Of a DNA stretch of 64,000 bases, positions 19,377 through 31,321 are shown in pieces; positions within the stretch are counted from its first letter, which is position 1, and each line of letters starts with the position of its first letter. The notes below the pieces were generated by a model. It saw only the letters and a program-made list of their open reading frames with translations, was not told where the DNA came from and made no database searches. Source of the stretch: an uncultured Nitrososphaerota archaeon (GTDB lineage: Archaea > Thermoproteota > Nitrososphaeria > Nitrososphaerales > Nitrosopumilaceae); assembly GCA_963824385.1 (NCBI GenBank), contig CAWGPD010000003.1, positions 128,001-192,000 on the forward strand, in the 5' to 3' direction. Made by a program: the position numbers and the translations under genes.

Positions 19377-20363
19377 ATGACAAGTACCATTTGTTATAGT
19401 ATAATTTTATTACTTGTTATAATTGGAGTTTTGATTATATCCTCTCCAGCATCTGCCCAATTGCCAATACTCCACAATCCACAACTACAAATAATTTTAC
19501 TCAAATTAATTATCCAGGGGCTAACAGTACAATTAGTGCTGGGATTAATGATGATGGAAAGATAGTTGGAATGTATCTTGATAATGCATTAAATCAACAT
19601 GGCTTTGTACTAGATTCTGGCAATTATACCTCATTTGATTATCCCGGTGCCAACAGTACAACTGGTGCGGGAATTAACAATGCAGGAGAGATAATTGGAT
19701 ACTATACTGATAGTTCCAAAATATATCATGGATTTTTATTATCATCTGGTAACTATACCAAAATTGATTATCCGGGTTCAAGTGACACACTAACTTTTGG
19801 AATCAACAATGCAGGAAAGATAGTAGGATACTATACTGATAGTTCCAAAGTACAACACGGATTTTTATTATCTTCTAACACCTACACCAGAATTGATTAT
19901 CCAAGTTCAAGTGACACACTAGCTTTTGGAATCAACAATGCAGGGCAGATAGTTGGAACGTATATTGACAGTTCAAAGATCCCTCATCAGCTTTCTACTC
20001 TCATCTGGTATCTATACCTCAGTTGATTATCCTAATGCCACAGTTACAACTAGTGCGGGAATTAATGATGCAGGAAAAATAGTTGGAATGTATGTTGATA
20101 ATTCAAGAAACCAACATGGTTTTCTACTCTCATCTGGTACGTATTCTATAACAGATTATCCAGGTGCCAATAGTACAACTAATACAGCAATTAACAATGC
20201 AGGACAGATAGTTGGAATGTATATTGATAGTTCACTAAACCAACATGGCTTTTTGTTAAACACTATAACCGTACAGACGCCTCCTGAATTTAGTCTGGCA
20301 CTTGGAGGAATAATTGCAATGTCTGCAGTTGGTGGTATAGTTTTATACAAAAGATTTGTCTAG
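19377..20363 (+). CDS. HAF-like beta-propeller repeat surface protein with PEF-type C-terminal anchor (two frameshifts)
   Basis: six GINNAG.IVG.Y.D....HGFL repeats; PPEF + TM. Confidence 0.8.
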
Positions 20364-20645
20364 CTATTCTTTAGTGATCTCTACTACATCCTCAAAGACC
20401 ACAGTCATTGTAATCTTGTTTAAACCATCTATTACTGACTGGATAAAGTCTGCAAATGCATCAGCTTGTATCTTGTCTTGAAACAAAACACTATGTGCAG
20501 ATTTGTCCTTTAATGCTATGACTATCTCATTTTCTATGATCTCTAAAATTCCGGAAATAAAAATTTCATTATCATCTTTTATGTATATTAGACTAGCAAG
20601 CTTCTGTGCCTCGTAACTGTCTGCGCATGTTATGTTTTTCTTCAT
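20364..20645 (-). CDS. conserved hypothetical protein
   Basis: co-transcribed downstream of trpS. Confidence 0.7.
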   Translation of the reverse strand: MKKNITCADSYEAQKLASLIYIKDDNEIFISGILEIIENEIVIALKDKSAHSVLFQDKIQADAFADFIQSVIDGLNKITMTVVFEDVVEITKE

Positions 20646-20647
20646 CT

Positions 20648-21764
20648 TTATTCAAACATGAATTTGTCTACCTGATCTTTGGCTTGCTCTCTTCTTTTTT
20701 GAAACTCTGCCAAGAAGGGTTTAGTTGCATCTTTTAGGTTGCCCTTGCATTCTCCGCAGAGCAATCCCCCGCTCTTGCATTTTCTTGCCCTCTCGTCTGA
20801 CTCTTTTTCTGTATCAAAAAAGTATCTTAGATACCAAAACACTGGACAGATGGCAAAGTTTGCGCCAAGACTTTTCTGAAGCTCAACAGTTGGCTGACCG
20901 CCAGTAAACGTACTGTTGATTTTTTTGTCTACTGTTTTTTCATCATCTGTTGTAAATATTGCAGTTTCTGGAATTGACGAAGACATCTTTCCCTGCATTC
21001 CTAATCCTGGTAGAAACTTGGAATGAATCTGTGCAGGTTTTGGATATCCCATCTTTTCAGCTATGTCTCTTGTAACTCTCCAGTATGGGTCCTGGTCTAT
21101 TGCTGCAGGAATCAGTACAGGTGTAGGTTTTCCTTCTATTATCGAAGGCAGAAAACATGGTGCAGCCTGAATTGGTGGAAACCCAATCATGCCAATGTTT
21201 GTAGAATTTTCAAATCCAAATACTGCCTTTAACTGTAGAATATGTAATGCGCTTTGCAATTTCAAGTGCTATGGGATAAATTCTCTTGATGTCTCTAGTA
21301 TCAACTAGAATCTTTGTCTTTTTTGGATCAAATCCTATTGCTATAATATCCAGAATATTTTCCTCTGTGAATTTTTTTACATCCTCCATTGTTTTTTGGT
21401 CGCTGTAGAGAAACTTTTCATCGTCAGTTAGCTGAAATATTAATTTGACATCAAACTTTTCTTGGAGATATTTAGTAAATATCCATGGTAATAAATGTCC
21501 CATATGTATCTTTCCAGATGGTCCCCTTCCTGTGTATAGGTAAAACTTGTTTCCCTTTTCATATTCTGTGATGATTTTATCCAAATCCCTGTGGCTAAAG
21601 AAATAGCCTAGTTTGAGCATAGGGTGAACTTCTCCAGTAATTTTTTCAATTCGTGCCTCAAGTTGTGGTGAAATTTTTTCTGTGCCAAACTTTACCATGA
21701 GTTTATCATAGTCAATCTCTCCTTCTACGCTCCAAGGAGTGACTGTAAACTCTTCAGATGACAT
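20648..21764 (-). CDS. trpS: tryptophanyl-tRNA synthetase (frameshift at ~21228)
   Basis: VTPW, YTGRGPS..HMGH, IDQDPYWR, KMSSS. Confidence 0.95.
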
Positions 21765-21816
21765 TCAGGGTTCAACTGGCTTAAGGTTTAAAAAGTCTTT
21801 TTGGCTTTTCCTGATA

Positions 21817-23280
21817 ATGTCTCAAGTTTTGCATCCAATTGAGCAAAAACTTCTCAAGACATTACTTGCAAAACAAAACTTGTCCCCTGAAGAACTACAT
21901 GAAATTTCAAAATTATCTATTGATCAGGTACGACGTGGAATTGAATGGTTAAAGTTCAAAAATCTAGTAAACGTTGTGGATACTGAGAAAAATTTTGTAA
22001 CGTTAGGCAAAAGAGGAATTGAAGCTCATGAGAAAGGATTTCCAGAAAGACAATTAATTAATCATCTTAGAGTATTGCAAGGATTTTCTTGTGAGATGAA
22101 TGATGTTAAAAATTTACTACAAAATGAGTTTGGTCCAGCAATAGCAAATGCCAAGAAAAATGCATGGGTTGAGATCCATGAAAACAGAATCATGCTCAAG
22201 GGGTATCATGATGTAACTTCAGAAGAAAAAATAATCAAGACTGTATCAAAAAACCCATCTGGTGTATCTGTAGATGACCTAGACAAGGACGCAGTCGAGT
22301 CGCTTAAAAAAAGACCCGAGTTTATTGTTGTTAGTTCGATAAAGTCTGCTACAGTTAGTTTAACTGAACAAGGAACTGAGACTGCAAAATCAGTTCCAGG
22401 AAATATTATGTTTGAAACTATAACCGAGACGTCTCATGTCGAACCTGATACCAAAACTGTTCGCGCAATAGATGTTGAAGCAACAGCTCCCATGGTATTT
22501 GCAGCAAAGAGCCATCCTCTACGAGATGTAATAGATGAGGTAAGAGAGATCTTTGTTAGTTTGGGATTTTCTGAAATTATTGGAAATAATGTACAGAGTA
22601 GCTTTTGGAACTTTGATGCCTTGTTTACACCACAAGACCATCCTGCAAGAGAGATGCAAGATACGTTTTATCTCAAGGATGTAAAGGCAAAAAATATTGC
22701 AGTACCTTCACAGATAAAAAAAGTATCTGATGCACACAAAAAGGGCTGGAATTATTTATGGCAAAGCGAAGAGGCAAAAAGACTAGTTCTTCGAACGCAT
22801 ACTACATGTGTAACTATACGGGAATTAGCTGACAAAAAACATGATGAAGCTAGATTATTTTCTATAGGTCGTGTATTTAGAAATGAGAAACTATCCTACA
22901 AGCACCTGGCAGAGTTTCATCAGGTAGAAGGAGTTGTAGTTGGCAAAAATGTCACACTACGAGATTTAATGGGACTACAGACTGAATTTTATCACAAGAT
23001 GGGAATTAAGAAAATAAAATTCTGGCCAACATTTTTCCCGTATACAGAACCGTCATTGCAGTCGATGATTTATAATGAAAAACTTGGAAAATGGGTGGAA
23101 CTTTTCGGAATGGGAATTTTCAGACCAGAGGTGACACAACCTTTGGGAATTAAAAATCCGGTACTAGCATGGGGTGGAGGAATTGAACGAATTGCAATGC
23201 TGCGTTATGGTCTAACAGATGTAAGAGAATTGTATGAGAACAAGTTTGGCTGGTTGAGAGGAGTACCAAAATGCCAGTAG
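21817..23280 (+). CDS. pheS: phenylalanyl-tRNA synthetase alpha subunit
   Basis: NFDALFTPQDHPAREMQDTF, FRNE, FPYTEPS. Confidence 0.97.
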   Translation: MSQVLHPIEQKLLKTLLAKQNLSPEELHEISKLSIDQVRRGIEWLKFKNLVNVVDTEKNFVTLGKRGIEAHEKGFPERQLINHLRVLQGFSCEMNDVKNLLQNEFGPAIANAKKNAWVEIHENRIMLKGYHDVTSEEKIIKTVSKNPSGVSVDDLDKDAVESLKKRPEFIVVSSIKSATVSLTEQGTETAKSVPGNIMFETITETSHVEPDTKTVRAIDVEATAPMVFAAKSHPLRDVIDEVREIFVSLGFSEIIGNNVQSSFWNFDALFTPQDHPAREMQDTFYLKDVKAKNIAVPSQIKKVSDAHKKGWNYLWQSEEAKRLVLRTHTTCVTIRELADKKHDEARLFSIGRVFRNEKLSYKHLAEFHQVEGVVVGKNVTLRDLMGLQTEFYHKMGIKKIKFWPTFFPYTEPSLQSMIYNEKLGKWVELFGMGIFRPEVTQPLGIKNPVLAWGGGIERIAMLRYGLTDVRELYENKFGWLRGVPKCQ

Positions 23281-24908
23281 TCACGCTTTATTATAATCGA
23301 GTAAAAAAAATTCTTGGAAAGAGCATTACTAAGGGGAAATTAATTGAGACATTGCCGTTTATTGGATTGGATATAGAAGATGAGACGGCTGATCACATCA
23401 ACGTGGAATACAGTCCAAACAGACCTGATTATTCTACAGATTATGGTATCATAACAGGTCTTCAAGGATTGCTTGGAATTAAAACAGGAATGTCTGTGTT
23501 GAAAATTAAAACTGGAAAATATTCTATTAAAGCTGATCCGTCTGTATCCAAAGTACGACCATATGTTACTGCAATAGAAGCAAGAAATGGAAAACTTGAC
23601 GATGAAACTATACGACAGATAATAACAATGCAGGAAGATCTTCACAATGGACTAGGTAGAAGAAGAAAGAAGGCATCTATTGGGATTCATGATCTTACAA
23701 AAATAAAATTTCCTTTGATATACAATACTGTATCTCGTGAGCATCAGCTTTGTTCCTTTAGAGTCGGATGTATCCATGACTGTAAAAGATATTTTAGAAA
23801 AAACAGAGACTGGAAAAAAATACAAACACATCTTGGACGGTCATGCCAAAGTTCCAATCATAATAGATTCAGCCGGACAGACAATATCACTTCCGCCTAT
23901 AGCAAACGCAAAACTAACAGAGATGAATACAAAGACTAGTAACTTGCTAGTAGAAGTTACTGCAACTGATAAAATTGCAGCTGAAGGTGTGCTTGCTGTT
24001 ATTGCAAATACTTTACAGATTGCAGGATTTGAGTTGTATTCTATTAAAGTGACAGGATCTGGAAACTCTACTCCTGTACTGAAATCTAGAGAACTTGTTC
24101 TAGAACCTGAGCTTGTAAACAAGACTTTGGGAATTGATGTATCAAACTCTGTTATTGTAAAATCTTTGAAGAAAAGTAGACTGGATGCTAAATTGAGAGG
24201 AAAAAAAATTGTATGTACCATACCACGATACAGGACTGATATCTTTGGAGTGATGGATTTAGTAGAGGAAGTTGCTTTGGGTTATGGAATCCAAAATCTT
24301 GTACCCTACAATGCCTGGTTCGGTATCTGCTGGTGAGCAGAAATGAAATTACAAAAACATTGGAGGCTTTGCGCCAAACAATGATTGGCCTTGGATATTT
24401 GGAAGTGATGAACTTTGAATTAACAGGAAAAGAGATTCTATATGACAAGACTGATAGGGAATCATCCAAAATAATTTCTGTTGCAGATTCAAAGAGTCAG
24501 GAGCATATCATCTTGCGTGATATACTTCTTCCTGGAATGCTTGAAGTGTTGTCAAGAAATATCCATGAATCCTATCCTCAAAAGATATTTGAAATAGGAA
24601 CTGTATTTGAAAAAGATTCACCTATTATAGAAAGTATTCATCTTGCTTGTCTTTGTGCACACAAAGATGTCAACTATACCGAAGTAAAATCTGTCTTGCA
24701 ATCATTGCTTAAGACTGGACTAGATCTTACATGTAACACTGTACCACAAAAGGAAAAGATGTACGTTGATGGAAGAAGTGCAGGAATGATGATTTATGCC
24801 AAAAAGTTTGGTTCTTTAGGAGAGATTGATGGTAAAGTCTTGGAGAATTTCAAGCTTCGAACTCCAGTATCTGGTTTTGAGATCAAGCTTTTCTGGATTA
24901 GCGTTTGA
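23271..24908 (+). CDS. pheT: phenylalanyl-tRNA synthetase beta subunit (frameshifts ~23745, ~24306, ~24890)
   Basis: PNRPD, QEDLH..GRRRKKASIGIHD, PRYRTDI..DLVEEVA. Confidence 0.95.
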
Positions 24909-24978
24909 TTAAAAAATTGTTGCAAAATTGTAACTATTAATTTAATAAATATCATACGTACCACAACTTTGATTATTT

Positions 24979-25190
24979 CTAAAACTGTCTGAATTTTGGA
25001 ATAAAAACAATAGAAAGTGTTGCAACTATCAACACAATGGCAGCAAATGGAAATTCAGGAACCGTTGAAGCCATTATCTTTGACATGTTCATTATAGTAA
25101 TACTGTGAATTGAAAAGTGTGGTACTAGAACTAACCCCTGTACTCCACTTTGAGTAACTACTATGGCAAAACTTGGATATGTGTTGATTA
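24979..25190 (-). pseudogene. C-terminal remnant of PEF-CTERM surface protein
   Basis: PSFAIVVTQSGVQGLVLVPHFSIHSITIMNMS...VPEFPFAAIVLIV*; no N-terminus. Confidence 0.65.
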
Positions 25191-25839
25191 ATTCATCAAT
25201 TAATGTGACAGGACAATCATTTGGAAATCCTTATGCTCAAAGATTGTACGAGTTGCACAAGAAAAATTTTATGGACATGTTAAATCTGATCTATACTGAC
25301 AGATTAGCAATGAAAAGTAAAATTTCATAAAATCATTACCAATTTTGTCATTTTTTTGCCTATTATTGAAAATAGAACTGCCAAAAATGTACCAATCAAA
25401 AAAGATCTTCTCTTTACATGAATCTCTAGTCAATAAATCTTCAATCATATAATTACAATAAAAATTGGGTACACCAATATGTCATGCCGAACTTGAAAGA
25501 AAGTAATATTGCATTTGACTCTAATGATGGATTGAATTCATCTCATTCACGATCACAAAAAGGCAATGATCGATAAATTTTAAAAATAAATGGTATTGTG
25601 CTTTATCCACAAGTGTAATACAGAATCAAGATACATCCTAGTAGAATATTTCTGTGAAGATATGAAATATAAAAGTAGCGAAAATCGGCGTGTAGTGAAG
25701 ACAAGGAATACTAATACAAATGTAATTTCAAACTAAGGGCGTTAAAGGTAAGATCCGGTATTAAAAGAAATTGTAACGGAAACTATAAACCACCCAAAAC
25801 ACTTCTAGATGTTCTCAATGAGGAACTGATTTCTTACAA

Positions 25840-26710
25840 GTTCCATACTTGCCCAAGACAGTGCACAATATGAAATGCAAGGCGGTCAAGGATACCGCGG
25901 TGGTCAAGGATACCCTGGATATCAAGGACAAGGTCACGCATACCAAACACCAGGCCAAGCCGCACAAGGTCAACATCACTTCCTATTGCACCCTAGTGGA
26001 CAGTTCACAAGACCAGGAAATTAAAGGAATATATAATAACAATGGATTTGGTAACAGGACCATGTTTGAGAATCACTTCAACAGAACCATGTTTGAAAAC
26101 CAGAACCAAACTCTGTACCAACACGAATTCAACAAGAAGTGTAACAATCCGAAGATGATCGACATGGACCACGTGGCTTTAATTTTACCGCAACCCAGCA
26201 TGACCTTGAAAGCATCACTAAAGCAGTATAAAACCAGACAAATGAGCAGAAGTTAACATTCGTAACAATCCATTAGATCAAATAACAAAACTGTCTCTGT
26301 CCAGACTACAAAAGTACTGCTGATCGATGAAAATAAACGTCAGTGCACCTAGCCAGAAAGGTCCAAAGGTAATAGTATTTAATCTCAATTCTAGAACAAT
26401 TAATCTGGCAAATTAAATAATTTAGTTAATATTGTATGACGGAAAATTAATCCATCCCGCAGCAAACGTTGATGCTGTATTACATGGAAAATCAACAGAC
26501 ACTCCAACATTTGCCGTTGTTATTACACAAAGCGGAGTACAGGTACTAGTTCTTGTACCGCACTTTTCAACTCATACGATAACTATAATGAACATGTCAC
26601 AATACACTCTCAGCACCTACAGTTCCAGAGTTTCCAACTGCTGGAATAATTCTGGTTATAGCAACAGTCTCTCTAGTTGTTGTATCAAGAATAAAACAGG
26701 TTGAAAAAAT
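25840..26710 (+). pseudogene. decayed exported Gly/Gln-rich PEF-CTERM protein
   Basis: AQYEMQGGQGY fragment resembling 28494; TFAVVITQSGVQVLVLVPHFSTHTIT; VPEFP in shifted frame; multiple stops. Confidence 0.6.
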
Positions 26711-26770
26711 ATATCCATGTTTTAGACAATCTTGATCAAGCTTAATTAGTTAAATCGTATAGTACCACCT

Positions 26771-26989
26771 ATGGGTAGAACTTTTGAACAATGGTGGAGT
26801 ACAATCCCAAAAGACCTCCGAGACAAAACTCGAAGAGGCGATGAGGGAAACAAGCCATTATTGAATCAAATAAACTGGATTTGGGTTCATAACATGATGA
26901 ATAAGAACGGAGATCTAAATCCATCTTCAGCAGAATTGCTTAGCTGGGTAACATCAGGCCAGATCGAAGCAATGCGACAACTAAAGTGA
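26771..26989 (+). CDS. conserved hypothetical protein
   Basis: clean ORF followed by T-tract. Confidence 0.75.
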   Translation: MGRTFEQWWSTIPKDLRDKTRRGDEGNKPLLNQINWIWVHNMMNKNGDLNPSSAELLSWVTSGQIEAMRQLK

Positions 26990-27163
26990 AAATATAACTT
27001 ACTCTTTTTTATTTTTATTATACACATGAAACTGTTCTAGCAAGGCTTGTTTTACTCATAAATGATAAATAGAATGAAACCCAATTATTTTAATGGCAAA
27101 ATACATCTTCTTTAGTAACTCATCTGTTTATTGGAATAACAATCAAAAATGTAGCGGGTCCTT

Positions 27164-27376
27164 ATGACAGACCTTGAAAAATCTATGAGAAAGCAATTCC
27201 AGTATATGCGCCTTGGGCAAAATGTTATAGAAAATCAAAAAGAGTTGGCACAATTACAAGACTGGGCAGAAAAATGGATCATAAAAAGGAAAGGCAAGCT
27301 GACAATAACAGATGAGAATGATATCAAGTATGTCCTGGATAAATTGCGTTCATTAGATGTATCAAACCAGAGTTGA
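27164..27376 (+). CDS. hypothetical protein
   Basis: clean ORF. Confidence 0.55.
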   Translation: MTDLEKSMRKQFQYMRLGQNVIENQKELAQLQDWAEKWIIKRKGKLTITDENDIKYVLDKLRSLDVSNQS

Positions 27377-27402
27377 TATCATATTACAATTTTTAAAATA
27401 AC

Positions 27403-28065
27403 CTAGTGAATCTTGTGACCAGTCAGCCTGTTGTGAGCCTTTGCCTGCTTGCCATTTGGCAGGACTGCCTCGCACTCTTTGCATATTATCTCGCCTGTTC
27501 GAAAATACTTGGGATTTCCAAGGTCAAATGGAAAGTACTCGTATGCAGTATCTTTCTCTGAGAAGAGTTCATCTCTTAATTCTTGCATAACGTCCAAAAA
27601 TTTCTCCCATCGTTTTGCATTTACCGAATCGTTTTTCTTTGATATGATTATCTTACCTTCAAATATATCAAAACTAGAGATGCTCTTCTCAATCCAGAGA
27701 GGAGTCGTATAGTATACTATATCGTTTAGTCCAGGATTGAAGCTAGTACAGCCAACAATAAAGATCTGACAAGAAGGCTTTTCTATAGTTCCACTTGGAA
27801 ATACATTTTCTATCAAAGATAACAACTCGTACTCCCAGTATGGAAGCCAGAATGTCTCCTTTTCATCAAATCTTTTAAGAAGATAAATGTAGACGCCATG
27901 TTTTCCACAACCCCCGCCGCGCTCTTTCTCTGATGGTTTTACTATGCCGTGCAGCCTCTGAGTGTTATCAATTGTGTTTAGCAGTTCCTTGTAATAAGAG
28001 ACAACGTCTTGCTCTTTTCTCAAGGATGTATGTACGATATCATGATTGATAAAGTTCAGGATCAT
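27403..28065 (-). CDS. hypothetical protein with C-terminal C2H2 zinc finger
   Basis: CKEC...HNRLTGH. Confidence 0.65.
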   Translation of the reverse strand: MILNFINHDIVHTSLRKEQDVVSYYKELLNTIDNTQRLHGIVKPSEKERGGGCGKHGVYIYLLKRFDEKETFWLPYWEYELLSLIENVFPSGTIEKPSCQIFIVGCTSFNPGLNDIVYYTTPLWIEKSISSFDIFEGKIIISKKNDSVNAKRWEKFLDVMQELRDELFSEKDTAYEYFPFDLGNPKYFRTGEIICKECEAVLPNGKQAKAHNRLTGHKIH

Positions 28066-28131
28066 TCTATCACAAGTGTTGATTTTCTATAGATATGATT
28101 TAATTTTAGATATGATATCTCTGATATTATT

Positions 28132-28338
28132 CTAAATTGAACTAGTAATTTTTGTAAATACTTGAGCAATGTTACCAAATAACTGACAAACCAAGTCTGA
28201 ATTTTGATCCCATTGTGGATTGTAAGTGCCTTTATCAGCTATACATAATGTATTCATAGCCATCGTTCCACCATAAAAGACAAGTGCAATTACAAAAAAT
28301 ATGCCAATAGCAAATAGAATATTTTTAGCGTTCATCAA
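28132..28338 (-). CDS. small membrane/secreted protein
   Basis: N-terminal TM, Cys pair. Confidence 0.5.
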   Translation of the reverse strand: MMNAKNILFAIGIFFVIALVFYGGTMAMNTLCIADKGTYNPQWDQNSDLVCQLFGNIAQVFTKITSSI

Positions 28339-28493
28339 AAACGAGTCTCTGGCACCAGATTATAAAGCAATATACAACAAATCAATATCTCAGTTAACTT
28401 GGAATTTCTTGTCAATCAAGGGATGATAAAATTATCTTAAAACCATATGAAAGATGAGATCTGTTTATTAGAAGGAAATCAAGAACAAAGCCT

Positions 28494-29375
28494 ATGAATC
28501 ATTCTAAAATATTTCTAGTTACTATATTATCAATAACAACTGTTCTTCTTCTTACAAGTTCTTCATTTGCACCTCTAGCTAGTGCGCAATACCAAGGACA
28601 AGGCGGTCAAGGGTATCAAGGACAAGGCGGTCAAGGGTATCAAGGACAAGGGTACCCAGGTCAAGGATTTCGAGGACCAGGTCAGGGATTTCATGGTGTA
28701 CGTACTGCTGTAAATGGAACTTATGCCAACTCTAACTTTGGTATACAGATTACACTTCCAGATGGATGGAGCGGTTTTGAGGTAAAGCAATCATCGGGAA
28801 ATGCGCGAGTAATGATTGCGCCAGGCGGAATTCAGACAACTCAGGGAGCATCACGTCCGCCAGTTACAATTGGAATATCAATGATGCCGTCTACTTCAAC
28901 AATGCCTACTTCATTTATGCCAAGAAATATGCAGGGATTCACATGTACCAATGCAACATCAACAAATTCTGTAAACAGTTTGAGTCTTAATGTTGTAACA
29001 ATAGACTGTACTGGAACTGATTCTGATGGTAATCCTGTTGAGATGAAATCAAAGATAGAGACTGCCCAGACAAACTCTACAAATATTATTCTAAGTATTA
29101 GAGCAAATCCTTCTTCAGGATATGACTCTCAGGTTTCAACTTTTGATAATATGGTAAGCACACTACAGGTCTCAACTCCATCACTGCCTCTTCCAACACC
29201 ACAAGATCAACAACAGCCTCAACCCCCAAGTCAATCAATGCCGCAAATAACTGGCAAGATTCCAAACTGGGTCAAGGGTGTATTTGGAATGTATGCACAA
29301 GGAAAATTATCTGATGCTGATCTAATCCAGGCACTACAGTTTCTAATAAAACAAGGAATCCTCAACGTTAGCTAA
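28494..29375 (+). CDS. secreted protein: QGQGGQGY repeats, PsbP-like domain, IPNWVK anchor
   Basis: signal peptide; YANSNFGIQITLPDGW; KIPNWVKGVF...QFLIKQGIL. Confidence 0.8.
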   Translation: MNHSKIFLVTILSITTVLLLTSSSFAPLASAQYQGQGGQGYQGQGGQGYQGQGYPGQGFRGPGQGFHGVRTAVNGTYANSNFGIQITLPDGWSGFEVKQSSGNARVMIAPGGIQTTQGASRPPVTIGISMMPSTSTMPTSFMPRNMQGFTCTNATSTNSVNSLSLNVVTIDCTGTDSDGNPVEMKSKIETAQTNSTNIILSIRANPSSGYDSQVSTFDNMVSTLQVSTPSLPLPTPQDQQQPQPPSQSMPQITGKIPNWVKGVFGMYAQGKLSDADLIQALQFLIKQGILNVS

Positions 29376-29412
29376 GACTTTACTAAAAGATACACACAAT
29401 CACAAATTACAA

Positions 29413-30051
29413 TTGTCTAAAGACAGCAGGTTTCCAGACTGGGATGCTCTCTACAAACAAGATGTATCTACCATGCCATGGTACAACAAAAAACTAGACT
29501 CTGATCTGGAACAAGAAATAAAAAAACGAAATCTAACCAAGGGAAGGTTTCTTGATTTGGGAACTGGTCCTGGAACGCAAGCCATACAGCTTGCAAAGAT
29601 TGGATTTACAGTAACTGGCACAGATTTATCATCAAACGCAATACAAAAGGCGCAAAGACTGGACGCAACAATAAATTTTCTAGTAGACGACATCCTGGAT
29701 TCAAAACTAGGAAAAGACAGTTTTGACTATATCCTAGATAGGGGCTGCTTTCATGTACTGTCTAATGACAAATGGACCAAGTATGTCAAAACTATACACA
29801 ATATACTTGACAAGAACGGATTGTTCTTTTTGAAATGTTTTAGCATGAAAGAAGAAAAGCTAACCTATGGTCCTTTTAGATTCTCAAAGCAGGATATGCA
29901 AAATATCTTTGGCCAAGACTTTGTTATAGATACAATAACTGATACTGTATACCAGGGAACACTGGATCCATATCCCAAAGCCTTGTTTGCAGTAATGAGA
30001 AAAAGCTCAATTAATACAAATATATCATTTGAGATGTGGCAAGAAATCTAA
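29413..30051 (+). CDS. class I SAM-dependent methyltransferase
   Basis: FLDLGTGPG, DRGCFH. Confidence 0.9.
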   Translation: MSKDSRFPDWDALYKQDVSTMPWYNKKLDSDLEQEIKKRNLTKGRFLDLGTGPGTQAIQLAKIGFTVTGTDLSSNAIQKAQRLDATINFLVDDILDSKLGKDSFDYILDRGCFHVLSNDKWTKYVKTIHNILDKNGLFFLKCFSMKEEKLTYGPFRFSKQDMQNIFGQDFVIDTITDTVYQGTLDPYPKALFAVMRKSSINTNISFEMWQEI

Positions 30052-30953
30052 AATTAGAAAATAAGACTGTAATTATTGGATATGTTTCCGCAATACTTGC
30101 ATCTACACTCTTTGGTGCAGTCCCAACTATGGCAAAACCACTGGTATCAAATGTCAACATACTATTGCTTGCTACTATATCATATCTGATAGCATCTGCT
30201 ACATTTACTCCGATAGCACAAAAAAGCAAGATATTATTTTCAAAAAAAGACTATGGAATCTTAATTATTGTATCTGTCTGTGGTGCCACTGTTGCACCGT
30301 TACTTTATTTTCTTGGCTTGAACCAAAGTACTGCATCAGATACATCATTATTATCAAATGCTGAAATTGTATTCACAGTACTGCTTGCATTAATTTTCTT
30401 CAAGGAGAGATTAAAACCAGTTGGTTTTGTTGCAGTAGGACTGGTTTTATTTGGAGTTACAATAATTACAACAAACCTTCAAGTGTCAAGTTCATTATTT
30501 CATATCAACTCAGGACACTTGTTAATTCTTGGTGCAACTGCACTATGGGCTTTGGATAATAACCTGAGCAGAATTATATCCACTAGAATCAACTCTGCAA
30601 GGTTAGTCCAGATAAAATATGCTATAGGGGGTATGATCATGCTTGGAATCATATTCTCCATGAGAGAACCATTTCAAATTAGCCCTTCACAGATACCGTA
30701 TGTAATTCTGTTAGGTATGTTGGGCATTGGAGGTTCACTGTACTTTTTCTTACAGAGCCTAAAGAGGATAGGTACTATACGTACAATTGTCATATTTTCT
30801 ATGTCATCTGTCTTTGGTTTGGGGTTTGCAGGATTATTTTTACACGAGCAGATTAGCGAATTTCAGATAATTGCAATTATCATAATGCTCACTGGGATTT
30901 ACTTGATAAACAGAAAGGAGAGCCTTAAGGAAAAACAAGAAAATAATATATAA
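30036..30953 (+). CDS. EamA/DMT transporter
   Basis: ~10 TM helices, duplicated EamA halves. Confidence 0.9.
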   Translation: MARNLKLENKTVIIGYVSAILASTLFGAVPTMAKPLVSNVNILLLATISYLIASATFTPIAQKSKILFSKKDYGILIIVSVCGATVAPLLYFLGLNQSTASDTSLLSNAEIVFTVLLALIFFKERLKPVGFVAVGLVLFGVTIITTNLQVSSSLFHINSGHLLILGATALWALDNNLSRIISTRINSARLVQIKYAIGGMIMLGIIFSMREPFQISPSQIPYVILLGMLGIGGSLYFFLQSLKRIGTIRTIVIFSMSSVFGLGFAGLFLHEQISEFQIIAIIIMLTGIYLINRKESLKEKQENNI

Positions 30954-31000
30954 CTTGGATATTATATCCTCAAGATTTATTAGATTTAACTTGATAAAAA

Positions 31001-31312
31001 ATGTTGATGCTTTTTGGAGTTTTGGCAGTGCATTCCCCGGAACTGTGCCCCCTGAACAACAAGAACAGCAAGAAAATTTTCCTAGAGATTCAAAAAAAGA
31101 TTAAAGCAAACCAAAAAAAATTAAACATACTAAAAATAGTAGGCTTTTACGTCTCAGTCCTTGAGCATCAATGGGTAGTAATCTTGGATGCAAAGAATGC
31201 CCATGATATTGAACAGTTGTGCATAACAGTTGGAATATCTGCAATAAGTACAGTCAAGATTGTTCCAATTAATGACTTCAATAAAGTAGTAGCTAAAATG
31301 CAATCAGTTTAA
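31001..31312 (+). CDS. small ferredoxin-fold (GYD/DUF3303-like) protein
   Basis: HSPELCP...EHQWVVILDA. Confidence 0.6.
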   Translation: MLMLFGVLAVHSPELCPLNNKNSKKIFLEIQKKIKANQKKLNILKIVGFYVSVLEHQWVVILDAKNAHDIEQLCITVGISAISTVKIVPINDFNKVVAKMQSV

Positions 31313-31321
31313 TTCAAAACA

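Noticed and set aside
19560..20260. ~129-bp repeats as an array or DGR template/variable pair
   Set aside because: In-frame beta-propeller repeats; no reverse transcriptase and differences are not adenine-specific.
20648..24908. trpS and pheT as pseudogenes or programmed frameshifts
   Set aside because: Essential genes otherwise intact; breaks lie at AGCT or short runs with no slippery heptamer, so sequencing error is more likely.
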